64,000 nucleotides of DNA from an uncultured Planctomycetota bacterium (lineage in GTDB: Bacteria; Planctomycetota; Phycisphaerae; Sedimentisphaerales; UBA12454): contig CAINDG010000038.1 of the NCBI GenBank assembly GCA_903847315.1, positions 67,750 to 131,749 on the forward strand. Reading direction: 5' to 3'. Under the pieces are notes generated by a model that did not search any database, was not told where the DNA came from, and saw only the letters and a program-made list of their open reading frames with translations. Every line of letters starts with the position of its first letter. Positions within the stretch are counted from its first letter, which is position 1. The translations under genes were made by a program, and so were the position numbers. This document shows, one piece after another, positions 6,882 to 16,711 of this stretch.

Positions 6882-6894
6882 GTACAGGTGAGAA

Positions 6895-7497
6895 ATGACG
6901 AAACACCCTGAAGATGTTTTATATAAATTAAAAATGGATGTTGAAAACGAGTTTTTTGCGGAGAATCCAATTAAAAAATTTCCGGAGGATTTTTTAAGCG
7001 GCCGAATGAAAAAAGAATTGGCGAAACGTATTTCTTATCCTCGTCTTTTCAAATCAAATATCAGGCTTACCAAGGACCATCGGATTAGGTATAAGAAGAA
7101 AATAAGCATTGCAGAAGCGATGGCGGGGACTGCGCTGGTTGGGGCGATGGAGGGAAAGTCGAAAGCGAAGTATGTGGAGATAGGACTGCCGGCGGGCAGG
7201 CTTAAATTAAAGATGGAAAGGAAAGTTCAAATCTGCTTTGAAAGCGGAGCGGTACTTATGGAGTTTTCAAGTTTAGAGCGGGCGAAATATGTGCTTTACT
7301 CAAGGAAGATCCGTTCGACAAGCTCAGGACAGGCCGTATATAAAGTGCCAAAGAGCGAAATTGCGGTCAAAAGGGCTGTGGCGAGATACGAAAAGTATCG
7401 GGCAGAAATACGGGAGAAACTTGTAAAGGCGTTTATGGCGAGAAATGTGGAAAGAGGAGCTGCAGAAGGGTTTGCGGGGTTAGTGATTGAAGAGTAA
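6895..7497 (+). CDS. Hypothetical protein (200 aa)
   Basis: Long ORF with AGGTGAG 6 nt upstream of the ATG. No recognisable motifs. It is divergent from the island operon and intermediate in composition. Confidence 0.55.
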   Translation: MTKHPEDVLYKLKMDVENEFFAENPIKKFPEDFLSGRMKKELAKRISYPRLFKSNIRLTKDHRIRYKKKISIAEAMAGTALVGAMEGKSKAKYVEIGLPAGRLKLKMERKVQICFESGAVLMEFSSLERAKYVLYSRKIRSTSSGQAVYKVPKSEIAVKRAVARYEKYRAEIREKLVKAFMARNVERGAAEGFAGLVIEE

Positions 7498-7578
7498 ATA
7501 GAGGCGAGGTAAACTATCGCCTTTCATTGGATAATCTGGTAAGATACTTTTGTAAAAACTGTCGGGACAAGAGAATAT

Positions 7579-9123
7579 ATGGCGAAAGAAAATCAGGAAC
7601 GAAAACAAAAAGATTACGTGGGCCTGGCGATAGTGATTTATCTTATAGCCGGGTTCTCCATACTCAAATACTATCGCTACCTAATCGATCCCGATGCCGT
7701 AAGCTATATTGGTATCGCCCAAAAATATTTGGCGGGCAACTTCGGCGACGCCATTAACGGATACTGGAGTCCGCTGCTGAGCTGGCTGCTGGCGCCTTTG
7801 CTCTTTATCGGGATAGAGCCGCTGCTTGCGATAAGGATATTGAATTTGCTTATCGGCCCCGTGGTAATCCTGGTCATGGCTTTAATATTGCGTCAATTTT
7901 CGATATCCGCCGGCGTCAGAAGAGCGATATTATTAATCACTATCCCCGCAACGTTATCATTTGCTATGGTAACTGTCACGCCAGATTTGCTGATAACATT
8001 GATAATACTGATTTATTTTCTGATTGTGTTTAAAACAGATTACGCGGCCACAAAACGCAACGGGATACTTTGCGGGTTTTGGGGCGGACTCGCTTATCTA
8101 ACAAAAAGCTACTGCTTCCCATTTTTCATAAGTCATTTTGTTTTAATGAATCTTTTTTGCTGCCTGAAATATCAGGACAGGGAGACGAGATTAAAAGTCG
8201 TTACTAATTTTATCTGCGGACTGGCCGTTTTCGGCGTAATCAGCGGTATATGGATAACGACTTTGAGCCTGAAATACCATAAGCTGACGTATTCAACGGC
8301 GGGAAACTATAATATATCCCTCATACATCCCAAAGAAGGCGAAAGCAAGCATCCTATGCTTTACCAGGGATTGCTTGTGCCGCCGAATCCAACCGCGATA
8401 AGTATGTGGGAGGACCCTTCGTTTATAAAAATCTCAAAATGGAGTCCGTTTGAATCGCCGGACGCATTCAAATATTATCTGAATCATATTGGAAAGAATA
8501 TCGGCAAAACTTACGACTTCTTCAAAGAGATTTCAATTTGGGTTATACCTATAATTATCGCAGGGATTTTATTTTTATTACAAAAACCGGAAAAGATTCT
8601 CACACAACACCAGATACTCTATCCCATTGTAAGCATATTTTTGTACGCCCTGGGATATAATCTGGTTATGGTGGAACGAAGGTATTTATGGCCAATATTT
8701 TTCCTGATATTGATTTTGGGCGGTTATATAACAGATAAATTATTTCAAAGCAGTTTTTTTACGAAAACACGAAAAGCCGGTTTGTATATTTTATTTATTA
8801 TTCCATTTATATACGGGCCGATTGTGCCGGGATTACTATCCACGGCAGATGCAAACAAAACTTATTATTCTTTAAGCCAGTATATGAAAACATCTATTCG
8901 TCCCGGCGACCGGATTGCCTCGAACGACGAGTGGGAGCCGTCTTTATATGCGGCTTACTACCTGAATGTGCAGTACTACGGGATTCCAAAAAATAATATC
9001 GACAAGCAAATTTTGTATGAAGAATTGCGCAAGTATAACATCAACCGTTACCTGATATGGGACAGGAAAGTACTCAATGGTGTTGAAGATCTACACGTAA
9101 ACGTGGGAACTATTCAATGGTAA
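7579..9123 (+). CDS. Polytopic membrane protein, GT-C / glycosyltransferase family 39 (ArnT/PMT-like)
   Basis: 514 aa with more than 10 hydrophobic segments. The first-loop DPDAVSYIGIAQ region and overall layout resemble GT39/PMT_2 proteins by eye. Confidence 0.5.
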   Translation: MAKENQERKQKDYVGLAIVIYLIAGFSILKYYRYLIDPDAVSYIGIAQKYLAGNFGDAINGYWSPLLSWLLAPLLFIGIEPLLAIRILNLLIGPVVILVMALILRQFSISAGVRRAILLITIPATLSFAMVTVTPDLLITLIILIYFLIVFKTDYAATKRNGILCGFWGGLAYLTKSYCFPFFISHFVLMNLFCCLKYQDRETRLKVVTNFICGLAVFGVISGIWITTLSLKYHKLTYSTAGNYNISLIHPKEGESKHPMLYQGLLVPPNPTAISMWEDPSFIKISKWSPFESPDAFKYYLNHIGKNIGKTYDFFKEISIWVIPIIIAGILFLLQKPEKILTQHQILYPIVSIFLYALGYNLVMVERRYLWPIFFLILILGGYITDKLFQSSFFTKTRKAGLYILFIIPFIYGPIVPGLLSTADANKTYYSLSQYMKTSIRPGDRIASNDEWEPSLYAAYYLNVQYYGIPKNNIDKQILYEELRKYNINRYLIWDRKVLNGVEDLHVNVGTIQW

Positions 9124-9599
9124 CGAAACTTGAAGATATAAAAAAACTGATAATATGCTGCGGAGCGGTTTTGGCGGTCGGGTTTGCGGGGGCATTTTTT
9201 ACAAACTCCGGGCTCGACTGGTATCAGGGACTTGCGAAACCAGTCTTTACTCCGCCTAACCGGATATTCGGGCCGGTCTGGACGATTCTTTATCTATTGA
9301 TGGGCATAGCCCTGTTTTTAGTGTGGCGAAAAGGATTTGCAAACGCGGCGGGCAAGACGGCGCTGGCGGCGTTTATCCTGCAGTTTGTTTTTAACGCGCT
9401 TTGGACGCCGATTTTTTTCTGGGCGAAACAACCTTTGATTGCGCTTGGCGATATCGTAATATTGTGGCTGGCGATAATAGCAACTATAGTCAGCTTCTGG
9501 AAGGTTTCGAGGGCGGCGGGGATTTTACTTGTGCCATATATAATATGGGTGAGTTTCGCGGCTGTTTTAAACGCCGTGATTTGTATGCTTAACCGCTAA
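9117..9599 (+). CDS. tspO: TspO/MBR family tryptophan-rich sensory protein
   Basis: 160 aa with five TM segments. WYQGLAKPVFTPPNRIFGPVWTILYLLMG matches the TspO signature. It overlaps the upstream gene by 7 nt. Confidence 0.85.
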   Translation: MVTKLEDIKKLIICCGAVLAVGFAGAFFTNSGLDWYQGLAKPVFTPPNRIFGPVWTILYLLMGIALFLVWRKGFANAAGKTALAAFILQFVFNALWTPIFFWAKQPLIALGDIVILWLAIIATIVSFWKVSRAAGILLVPYIIWVSFAAVLNAVICMLNR

Positions 9600-9612
9600 G
9601 ACGAAAAACAAA

Positions 9613-9888
9613 TCAGAAACCGCTGTTTTGCAAATCGCCCATCTGCTTCATCAAAGACTGGTATAAATCTATGGATTTGATGCAGAGCCAAATAGTAACA
9701 ATGATAGCTACCACGCTTACAATCCACTTTGTCATGGGTTTATAGCGAGGGTTATACCAGATAAGGGGCAGTGCCAAAGGACCAACACCCAAAAAAGCGA
9801 TTACAACCCAATAAGTGGTAAAATACCATTTGACTTTCGGCTGAGCTTTTTCGTCAAAGTCCTTGCCGCAAAAAGGACATTTTATCAT
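9613..9888 (-). CDS. Zinc-ribbon membrane protein (hypothetical)
   Basis: 91 aa. MIKCPFCGKDF (a CxxC half-ribbon) followed by two hydrophobic helices. Confidence 0.55.
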   Translation of the reverse strand: MIKCPFCGKDFDEKAQPKVKWYFTTYWVVIAFLGVGPLALPLIWYNPRYKPMTKWIVSVVAIIVTIWLCIKSIDLYQSLMKQMGDLQNSGF

Positions 9889-9903
9889 AAAAATCCTTTT
9901 TTA

Positions 9904-11016
9904 TTATTTTTCGGGTTTGTAAAAACCCCTACAGGGAATAGTAATCTCTTCCTTGCCCTTTATTTTGATGTGCAGCATATCGGCAAAAATCCTGGAATCT
10001 TTCGGTTGCGGGGGCGTGGTTATTTCCACATCAAACTGAAACTTGTTTGCCGTCTTATCCTGCTTAACAACCTTGACAGTCCCATTATCAGCGGCGACCG
10101 ACTCGATTTCTATCGGCTGATTGTAATTGTTGATAAGATATATAGACCTTTTTTCCACCTGGCCGGCAGTTACACTTCGCAGGATAATCACGGACGGGGA
10201 AGTCTCAAACTCCTTGAGACAGGTAAACCTGACCGTTATTTCCTGACACTTGGGGTGATTTAAAACGAAAACTATATTACCATTCAAACCATTCAAATTT
10301 TTACGGAGATTATTCATATTCACTATCGGCTTGAAAACGTGCTTTTCCGAAACATCATTCGGGTCACAGGCAATAGATATGATGTCAGCAGTAGAAGTAA
10401 CCTTAAGTACGGCAAATTTTCCCTTTTCAAGACTGGTAAGCGTTATCGGGGTGCCGACATTTGGGTCCAGCAGTGATAAAGCTATCTGGTCCGGAGAAGT
10501 CTCAACCTCAAACTGGACATAAGCTTTGATTTCCAGATCGGCCCTTGGGGTGTTTGAATCATTACTGAAAACCATAACGTGCTGGGCAGCATCGCCCTTA
10601 AAATTCGGAGCGTGATATTCAACGACGATTTCGCCCGATTCGCCCGGGGCGTATTCCTTCTTCTGTAAATCCGGGACCGTACACTTACAACTGCCCTGGG
10701 CACGGTCGATTTTAAGAATATCTTTTCCGACATTTGTAAAAGCAAATTTGCAGGTATTAAGACTGTTGGGAGAAACCTTGCCGAAATTGTGACTGAGACT
10801 ATCAAACTTTATTCTGGCCTTCGAGGGGGGAGCGACCTGGGGCTGATTGACTTCGCTCTTTGCCGGCTCCGCCGGTTTTGCCGGTTCTGTCTTTTTCGCA
10901 GGTTCGGCTTTGTCCGGCTTGCTAAAAAGCTTCAGACCCTTGGCCTGAGAAAAGGCAACAAAAAACAAACATAAAATCAATCCAATAACCAGAACTTTTG
11001 AAAATCTGCCGTTCAT
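9904..11016 (-). CDS. Secreted DUF1573 domain protein
   Basis: 370 aa with a signal peptide and a PAKKTEPAKPAEPAK low-complexity linker. FDSLSHNFGKV..FAFTNVGKDILKIDRAQGSCKCTV..PGESGEIVVEY fits the DUF1573 pattern. Confidence 0.7.
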   Translation of the reverse strand: MNGRFSKVLVIGLILCLFFVAFSQAKGLKLFSKPDKAEPAKKTEPAKPAEPAKSEVNQPQVAPPSKARIKFDSLSHNFGKVSPNSLNTCKFAFTNVGKDILKIDRAQGSCKCTVPDLQKKEYAPGESGEIVVEYHAPNFKGDAAQHVMVFSNDSNTPRADLEIKAYVQFEVETSPDQIALSLLDPNVGTPITLTSLEKGKFAVLKVTSTADIISIACDPNDVSEKHVFKPIVNMNNLRKNLNGLNGNIVFVLNHPKCQEITVRFTCLKEFETSPSVIILRSVTAGQVEKRSIYLINNYNQPIEIESVAADNGTVKVVKQDKTANKFQFDVEITTPPQPKDSRIFADMLHIKIKGKEEITIPCRGFYKPEK

Positions 11017-11173
11017 AATAAATTCTCCAATTAAAAAACTCTGAAAAAATTGAAGATATTATTGTAGCACAAAAAAATCTGTATATCAACAATAAATTGG
11101 CGAAGTTAAAACCCTTGAGAAAGCTCCGGCACTGTGGTAAATTACCTCAAAATATAAACAAATGAGGTAAAAA

Positions 11174-12451
11174 ATGAATGTATTATTGGTCGGAAACGGC
11201 GGACGTGAACACGCGATAGCGTGGAAACTGGCACAATCCAAAGAACTTAAAAAACTCTTTATAGCGCCCGGCAACCCGGGGACAGCCAAATGCGGCATAA
11301 ATATCGACATAAAAGCCGATGACTGCGATAAACTTCTGGCCTTTGCCAAAGAAAACAAGGTCGGCCTTGCGATTATAGGGCCGGAAGACCCGCTGGCGGC
11401 AGGAATCGTTGACAGATTCGAGAAGGCGGGCATAAAAGTGTTCGGGCCAAGCGGAGCGGCGGCACAACTGGAGGCGGACAAGGCCTTCGCCAAACAAATT
11501 ATGAAGGCAAATTCGATACCCACAGCGGAGAGCAGAATATTCGATAATTTTCAGGATGCCAAGGCTTATATCGCAAGCAGAGATGAGGCGGTTGTGGTAA
11601 AGGCCACAGGACTGGCAAAAGGAAAAGGAGTTTTTGTCTGCGACGAGCCGTCAGAGGGGATTATCGCCGCTGAAAAAATTATGGAGGGAAAAATTTTCGG
11701 CAAGGCAGGCGAAAAAATCTTAGTCGAAGACAAACTGCTCGGACAGGAGGCGTCGATACTTGCATTTGTCGATGGAAGAAATATTTATGTTCTGGAAACT
11801 TCGCAGGACCATAAGGCAATCGGCGACGGAGACACAGGCCCCAATACCGGCGGTATGGGAGCATACAGCCCTGCGCCTGTCGTTACGGATAAACTGATGG
11901 ACCAGATTACGCGGGAAATACTTGTGCCCGCGGTAGATGGTATGAATAAAAACGGCACACCATACAAAGGCGTACTCTATGCGGGGGTTATGATTACACA
12001 GGGCGGGCCGCGAGTATTGGAATTTAATGTGCGGTTCGGCGACCCGGAAACGCAGCCTGTTCTGGCAAGACTCAAAAGCGATTTGCTCGAAGCGATGATT
12101 GCGACCTGCGACGGGACGCTCGATAAAATCACACTCGAATGGGACGATAGGGCCGCGGTATGCGTCGTTATGGCGTCAGGCGGATACCCGGACGATTATG
12201 AAAAAGGAAAAGTCATAACCGGTCTTGAGGATGCGGACAAATTGCGGGATGTTATCGTATTTCACGCGGGAACCGCGGAGAAGAACGGAAAAATCGTAAC
12301 CGCAGGCGGAAGAGTGCTTGGCGTAACGGCATTGGGGAACAAAATCGCCGATGCAAAGGCGAAGGCATACGAAGCGGTCGAAAAAATAAAATTCGAAAAG
12401 GCATATTACAGAAAAGATATCGCCGACAAAGCAATAAAAGTAAAAAAGTAA
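11174..12451 (+). CDS. purD: Phosphoribosylamine-glycine ligase
   Basis: 425 aa. MNVLLVGNGGREHAIAWKL N-terminus and ATP-grasp core (GPNTGGMGAYSP, VLEFNVRFGDPE). Confidence 0.95.
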   Translation: MNVLLVGNGGREHAIAWKLAQSKELKKLFIAPGNPGTAKCGINIDIKADDCDKLLAFAKENKVGLAIIGPEDPLAAGIVDRFEKAGIKVFGPSGAAAQLEADKAFAKQIMKANSIPTAESRIFDNFQDAKAYIASRDEAVVVKATGLAKGKGVFVCDEPSEGIIAAEKIMEGKIFGKAGEKILVEDKLLGQEASILAFVDGRNIYVLETSQDHKAIGDGDTGPNTGGMGAYSPAPVVTDKLMDQITREILVPAVDGMNKNGTPYKGVLYAGVMITQGGPRVLEFNVRFGDPETQPVLARLKSDLLEAMIATCDGTLDKITLEWDDRAAVCVVMASGGYPDDYEKGKVITGLEDADKLRDVIVFHAGTAEKNGKIVTAGGRVLGVTALGNKIADAKAKAYEAVEKIKFEKAYYRKDIADKAIKVKK

Positions 12452-12462
12452 AAGAATTCTAA

Positions 12463-15400
12463 ATGTCAAACAACGAAGCACACAAATTCCATCCCGATTT
12501 CGGGAATAATACTCAGGGACGATACTACGCGGCCAGGAAAAAAAGGGTTATCCGCTGGATAATAGCGATTGTCGCCGTTGTTTTTTTGTGGTTTTTGTAT
12601 AACTGGGGCGGCAATCTGTTAAAACCGATTGCCATAAATCAGATTAAACAACTGACCGGCGCCAGGGTCGATATCGATACGGTTGAGTTCCGGCTGAGCG
12701 GAAAGATAACCCTTGGAAATATACGTATCGGGCCGCTGGAAAAAACAACTCCCGACAACGCGATACTGACCGCCAAAAAGCTCGACGCGTATTTCGCTCC
12801 GACAAGTTTCCTGAAATTCAAGCCGCAATTAAAAAGTCTGAAAATCGAAGACTTCAGCCTTAATATCCAATATAACGGCGATGAAAAACAGTGGAATGTC
12901 GCAGCACTGAAACTGCCGGCGCAGGGCAAAGGCGAATTTTTGCCTGAACTGATATTCAGGCGAGGCGAAATAAAATTTACACAAATCAATAAAGGCGCAG
13001 AAATAAAAACCGTTGCCTGCAATATCGGCGGCGGCAATGCCAAGGCAACCAATGAGAACGAGGTTTACCATTTTGCGGTAACCGAGGAAAACGGCAGAGA
13101 AGATACAGGTAACAGGATACTTATAAAATGGGCACAAAAAGAAATACAGGAAATTGAAATCGAAGGCTATCTGCCGAAGCTTAAGATGACCCTGTTCGGC
13201 AGTAAATGCAATATAAACAGTTTTTACTCAAAAATTACTTCCGATAAGGAAAAAGTAACCTTCGAAAAAGCTACTATCGCAATCGGCCCGGAGACTGTGA
13301 TAGACGTTAACGGAACGGTAAGAGATTTTTCAGACCCCTCATTTGTTTTCGGCGTAAGGATGAAAAATCTAAATGTCCGGCACGAGCCTGCGGACAACTG
13401 TTTTGCGCACGGAAGCAGGATTTTTGAAAGTTTCATTCCCCTGCTGCAGATTTTCTTCGACAATTTCAACCCGCAGGGACTGCTCGACCTTGACGTCATA
13501 CTGACCGGCAAAGCGTCGCAGATAGCAAAGACGCATTGCAACGGATACCTGGGCTGCAAAGACATCTCCATCAAATATTTTGAGTTTCCATATCTCGTTG
13601 AACATCTGGCCGGAAAAATCGACGTGACCGAAACCAGTATGACAATGAAAGACCTCAAGGCATCGCACGGCAAAGTCGATATCACGATGAAAGGATACTG
13701 CAATGGATTCGGCGAAACGATGGACAGCAACGTCGTTCTTTCGAGCAATAATATGCTTTTGGACGAAGAACTTTACACCGCCCTGCTGGAATATCATAAA
13801 AAACTCTGGTATATCTTCGCACCGACAGGAGCTGTTTCGGGAGATTTTATCTACTCGGCAAAACCGCCTAACATAAGACGGCTGCGGTTGTACGCCAACC
13901 TGCTGGACGTATCGATTATGTGCCAGTATTTTCCGTATCCGATAACGGGGATTACCGGCAAAATATCCGTCGATGAAGGCCTGATAGAATTAAAAGATGT
14001 TTTAAGCCATCAGGCCAACGGAACTATTAAAATGCAGGGAAGAATAACCAAGTCAAATACGCCCCACCCTGAATATAATTTCAAAATCCAGGCCAATGAC
14101 GTAGCTATCGACAACAAATTAATAAGCGCCTTTCCGCAGGAACAGAAAAAATTCTTCAGCAACTTCGATATGCAGGCGAAAGGCGATGCGAATATTTATA
14201 TTCATTCGATCGAGAACAACGAAATGCCGATTGACTATACGGCCAAGCTCAATATAAAGGCAGATTCCGTAAAGCATCCGATGCTGCCTGAACCGCTGAA
14301 AAACGTGGTACTGGATGCAAATCTTACGCCGACGGCGTTAGAAGTAAAAAAATTCAATGCGGATTTCAATACCAGTCCCATCAGTGCCGCGGGAATTATA
14401 TGGACAGGCTCCGGCAAAGAACCGCTTGGCTACTGTATGCGGATAACGGCTGAGAAACTGACTCTCGACAGTAATTTCATCAAACCATTTATCGGAGACG
14501 AGAGCGTAAAGATGCTGGAAGATTTCCAGTTCAAAGGAAATGTAAATATTGACGCTGCGATTGGGAAAAACGCCAAGGCAAAATGTCCGGAATACGAAAT
14601 ATCCGTTGATTGCCTCAGCGACACCGCAGTTCTGAACAAATTGAATCTGCCGCTGAAAGATATTTCCGGGAAAATAATCGTAAGGCCGGAAAATATCGAA
14701 CTTGTTTCGCTGTCGGCTTCGCCTGCCGGTGATTTCCCATCGGAAAGTCCGGGGAAAATCACGCTGGACGGAAAAATAAAAATGACCAAGGGTGAAGTCG
14801 ATTCGGCAGAACTTAAACTGAACGCCATCGACCTGAATCTTGATAAAAGATTTATCACGTTCCTGGGAAAAGCGGAAAGTTATTACACGAAACTAACGCC
14901 TGAAGGAAAATTCGACCTGAGTTTCGACAGGATAAAATTTTATAAAAGCGACGCCGGCGACAAAATGCTCGACCTCGACGGAACCGCTATGTTCAAAAAC
15001 TGCTCTATCGGAAAATCAAAGACGATTTCCAAAATATACGCGGCGCTAAATATCAACGCTGAGTACGCTATCGGCAAAGAAATGAAGAACTGCAGATTGC
15101 GTCTCGATATGCAAAGTCTTGCGTTCAAGGAAAGACCGATTAAAAATCTCAAACTGTCGATTCCTTATGATATCAACGACCCGAAAATTGTCGTCAAAGG
15201 TTTCGTAGGCGATTGCTTTGGCGGAAAAATTTCAGGCGACGCCATATTCGAGACCGACAGCAACGGCAATTTTGCGAATTACAAGGTTGACATAGCTCTT
15301 ATAGGGGTCGGCACCGAACAGTTTGTCTCTGCCGGGGCGGACACAACAGCAGATACAGGCGGAGCAATAAACGGCGAACTGCATATAGAGGGAGATATGC

Positions 15401-15834
15401 AAAAGCCGCAGGCAGCACGAGGAAGACTTATCGCCCAGGCAACAGGCATTAAGCCCCGTCAGACGGGAGTAGTGGCGCAAATAAGAACCGCGATATTCGA
15501 GACGGTTAAAAAAGACCTCGCGTTCGACAATATAAAAATCCAGGCGTTTGTAAAGGGAAGCGTACTTGAAATAAGCAGATTCGACCTGTACGGACCAACG
15601 GCATCGCTGAGAGGAACGGGAACTTACGAGCCTGCAACGGATTCGGTAAATATCAAATTCACCGCATACAGCGCCGCGGGAAAAGAAGAGCCGGGCTTTA
15701 TCGAATCTCTTACAGCAGGGTTCGGGCCGGCGTTTTTAAAGGTCGAAATGACGGGGAAACTCGAAAAACCGGAAATAAAAGTCATACCGCTGCCGATTTT
15801 TCAGCAATCGCTCGAAATAATCGGGACGAAATAA
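12463..15834 (+). CDS. AsmA/TamB-like large envelope protein
   Basis: 1123 aa. A single N-terminal TM (WIIAIVAVVFLWFLY) is followed by LTGARVDIDTVEFRLSGKITLGNIRI, typical of AsmA-family N-termini. The rest looks beta-rich. Confidence 0.5.
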   Translation: MSNNEAHKFHPDFGNNTQGRYYAARKKRVIRWIIAIVAVVFLWFLYNWGGNLLKPIAINQIKQLTGARVDIDTVEFRLSGKITLGNIRIGPLEKTTPDNAILTAKKLDAYFAPTSFLKFKPQLKSLKIEDFSLNIQYNGDEKQWNVAALKLPAQGKGEFLPELIFRRGEIKFTQINKGAEIKTVACNIGGGNAKATNENEVYHFAVTEENGREDTGNRILIKWAQKEIQEIEIEGYLPKLKMTLFGSKCNINSFYSKITSDKEKVTFEKATIAIGPETVIDVNGTVRDFSDPSFVFGVRMKNLNVRHEPADNCFAHGSRIFESFIPLLQIFFDNFNPQGLLDLDVILTGKASQIAKTHCNGYLGCKDISIKYFEFPYLVEHLAGKIDVTETSMTMKDLKASHGKVDITMKGYCNGFGETMDSNVVLSSNNMLLDEELYTALLEYHKKLWYIFAPTGAVSGDFIYSAKPPNIRRLRLYANLLDVSIMCQYFPYPITGITGKISVDEGLIELKDVLSHQANGTIKMQGRITKSNTPHPEYNFKIQANDVAIDNKLISAFPQEQKKFFSNFDMQAKGDANIYIHSIENNEMPIDYTAKLNIKADSVKHPMLPEPLKNVVLDANLTPTALEVKKFNADFNTSPISAAGIIWTGSGKEPLGYCMRITAEKLTLDSNFIKPFIGDESVKMLEDFQFKGNVNIDAAIGKNAKAKCPEYEISVDCLSDTAVLNKLNLPLKDISGKIIVRPENIELVSLSASPAGDFPSESPGKITLDGKIKMTKGEVDSAELKLNAIDLNLDKRFITFLGKAESYYTKLTPEGKFDLSFDRIKFYKSDAGDKMLDLDGTAMFKNCSIGKSKTISKIYAALNINAEYAIGKEMKNCRLRLDMQSLAFKERPIKNLKLSIPYDINDPKIVVKGFVGDCFGGKISGDAIFETDSNGNFANYKVDIALIGVGTEQFVSAGADTTADTGGAINGELHIEGDMQKPQAARGRLIAQATGIKPRQTGVVAQIRTAIFETVKKDLAFDNIKIQAFVKGSVLEISRFDLYGPTASLRGTGTYEPATDSVNIKFTAYSAAGKEEPGFIESLTAGFGPAFLKVEMTGKLEKPEIKVIPLPIFQQSLEIIGTK

Positions 15835-15837
15835 TTT

Positions 15838-16431
15838 TTAATGCTTAAACCAAATCGACATCGCCTGCTTGAGTATGCAAGGCAGCAGATACAGCAAACA
15901 ATGAAGCTCGGCGATTACCGATGCGGTAAAGTTCTCGTTTTTTAGACCTAAATTTTTTAAGTGCAGGCTGCGGGGAATCCAGCGGGGAATATCAGACATA
16001 AATTTTTGATAAGGTTCGCCATAACGAGCAAGAAGATGCATCTCCTCATAATGAACGACAAAAGAATATACCGCTGCGCTCCAAACCAGAGTAATGGGGA
16101 CAAGCCAGAGAAGCTTAAAAAGTATAGTCATCCCCAAAAAAATTATAATAGTGCCGACATAGACGGGATTTCTTACAAACTGATACGGACCGGCGAGAGT
16201 CAAATCCTTATGAACCTTCAGCCGATACCGTAAATGCTGCTGTGCCCAGACGCGAATAGCCATACCGATAAAAAACACGCAGAGGCCGACCGGCCAGATA
16301 TATGCATTCTCCGTCTGGCCGCGAAACCAGAAAGTCGCGAAAACCAAAGGCACCGCGACGAGAAAACCTCTTAAAAGATAAACCAGTTTCCATGCCGACA
16401 TCTTAGAAATATCTCTATTTGTATCATTCAT
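15838..16431 (-). CDS. Isoprenylcysteine carboxyl / phospholipid methyltransferase family membrane protein
   Basis: GPYQFVRNPVYVGTIIIFLG ... HYEEMHLLARYGEPYQKFMSDIPRWIP is the ICMT/PEMT signature. I moved the start to the ATG at 16431 (alternative 16401). The track start at 16533 would overlap the thiC promoter and riboswitch. Confidence 0.75.
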   Translation of the reverse strand: MNDTNRDISKMSAWKLVYLLRGFLVAVPLVFATFWFRGQTENAYIWPVGLCVFFIGMAIRVWAQQHLRYRLKVHKDLTLAGPYQFVRNPVYVGTIIIFLGMTILFKLLWLVPITLVWSAAVYSFVVHYEEMHLLARYGEPYQKFMSDIPRWIPRSLHLKNLGLKNENFTASVIAELHCLLYLLPCILKQAMSIWFKH

Positions 16432-16480
16432 ATATATTAAACTGCCAGAATTGCGGTGAAATTGCAAACATTTTTTCCCC

Positions 16481-16509
16481 TTGACCTGCTTATGCGGCAG
16501 ATTTATACT
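16481..16509 (+). promoter_or_regulatory. Putative sigma70 promoter of the thiC leader
   Basis: TTGACC (16481-16486), a 17-nt spacer, then TATACT (16504-16509), immediately upstream of riboswitch P1. Confidence 0.55.
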
Positions 16510-16510
16510 C

Positions 16511-16700
16511 TTTTTCGCAGGGGTGCCCCACACCTATTTGTACTGTGCAGAAAACAGTAAAAATCGAAACGGCATCGACTGTTGCAGCGAATTATCTTTT
16601 AGGCTGCCTGGTACAAATAGGTGTGGGGCTGAGAAAATACCCTTTGAACCTGAACAGGATTATCTGCCCCCGGCAGAATGCCTGCGTAGGAAGCGATAAA
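16511..16700 (+). promoter_or_regulatory. TPP (THI-box) riboswitch with extended P3 and an L5 insertion
   Basis: GGGGTGC (16521-16527), then an 18-bp P3 stem CCCCACACCTATTTGTAC (16526-16543) pairing with GTACAAATAGGTGTGGGG (16611-16628). Next come CTGAGA (16629-16634), ACCC, and GAACCTGAACAGGAT[tatCTGCCcccGGCAGa]ATGCCTGCGTAGGAAG. The order matches the thiM-type consensus GGGGUGC-P3-CUGAGA-ACCC-ACCUGA..GG.UAAUGCC.GCGUAGGGAA. Confidence 0.85.
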
Positions 16701-16711
16701 AAAAAGATTTT

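Noticed and set aside
6671-6970. 99-aa minus-strand ORF upstream of the NTPase gene
   Set aside because: It spans the putative promoter, the 20-bp palindrome and the 5' end of the plus-strand 200-aa gene. It has no SD, so it is most likely spurious.
7315-7345. REP-like word (TTCGACAAGCTCAGGACAGGC, read as RSTSSGQA) inside the 200-aa gene as another in-frame repeat insertion
   Set aside because: There is only one copy in this window and it forms no hairpin. I cannot distinguish it from chance without a genome-wide search.
7527-7757. 76-aa ORF overlapping the start of the GT39-like gene
   Set aside because: It is out of frame with the much longer membrane-protein ORF and has no independent support.
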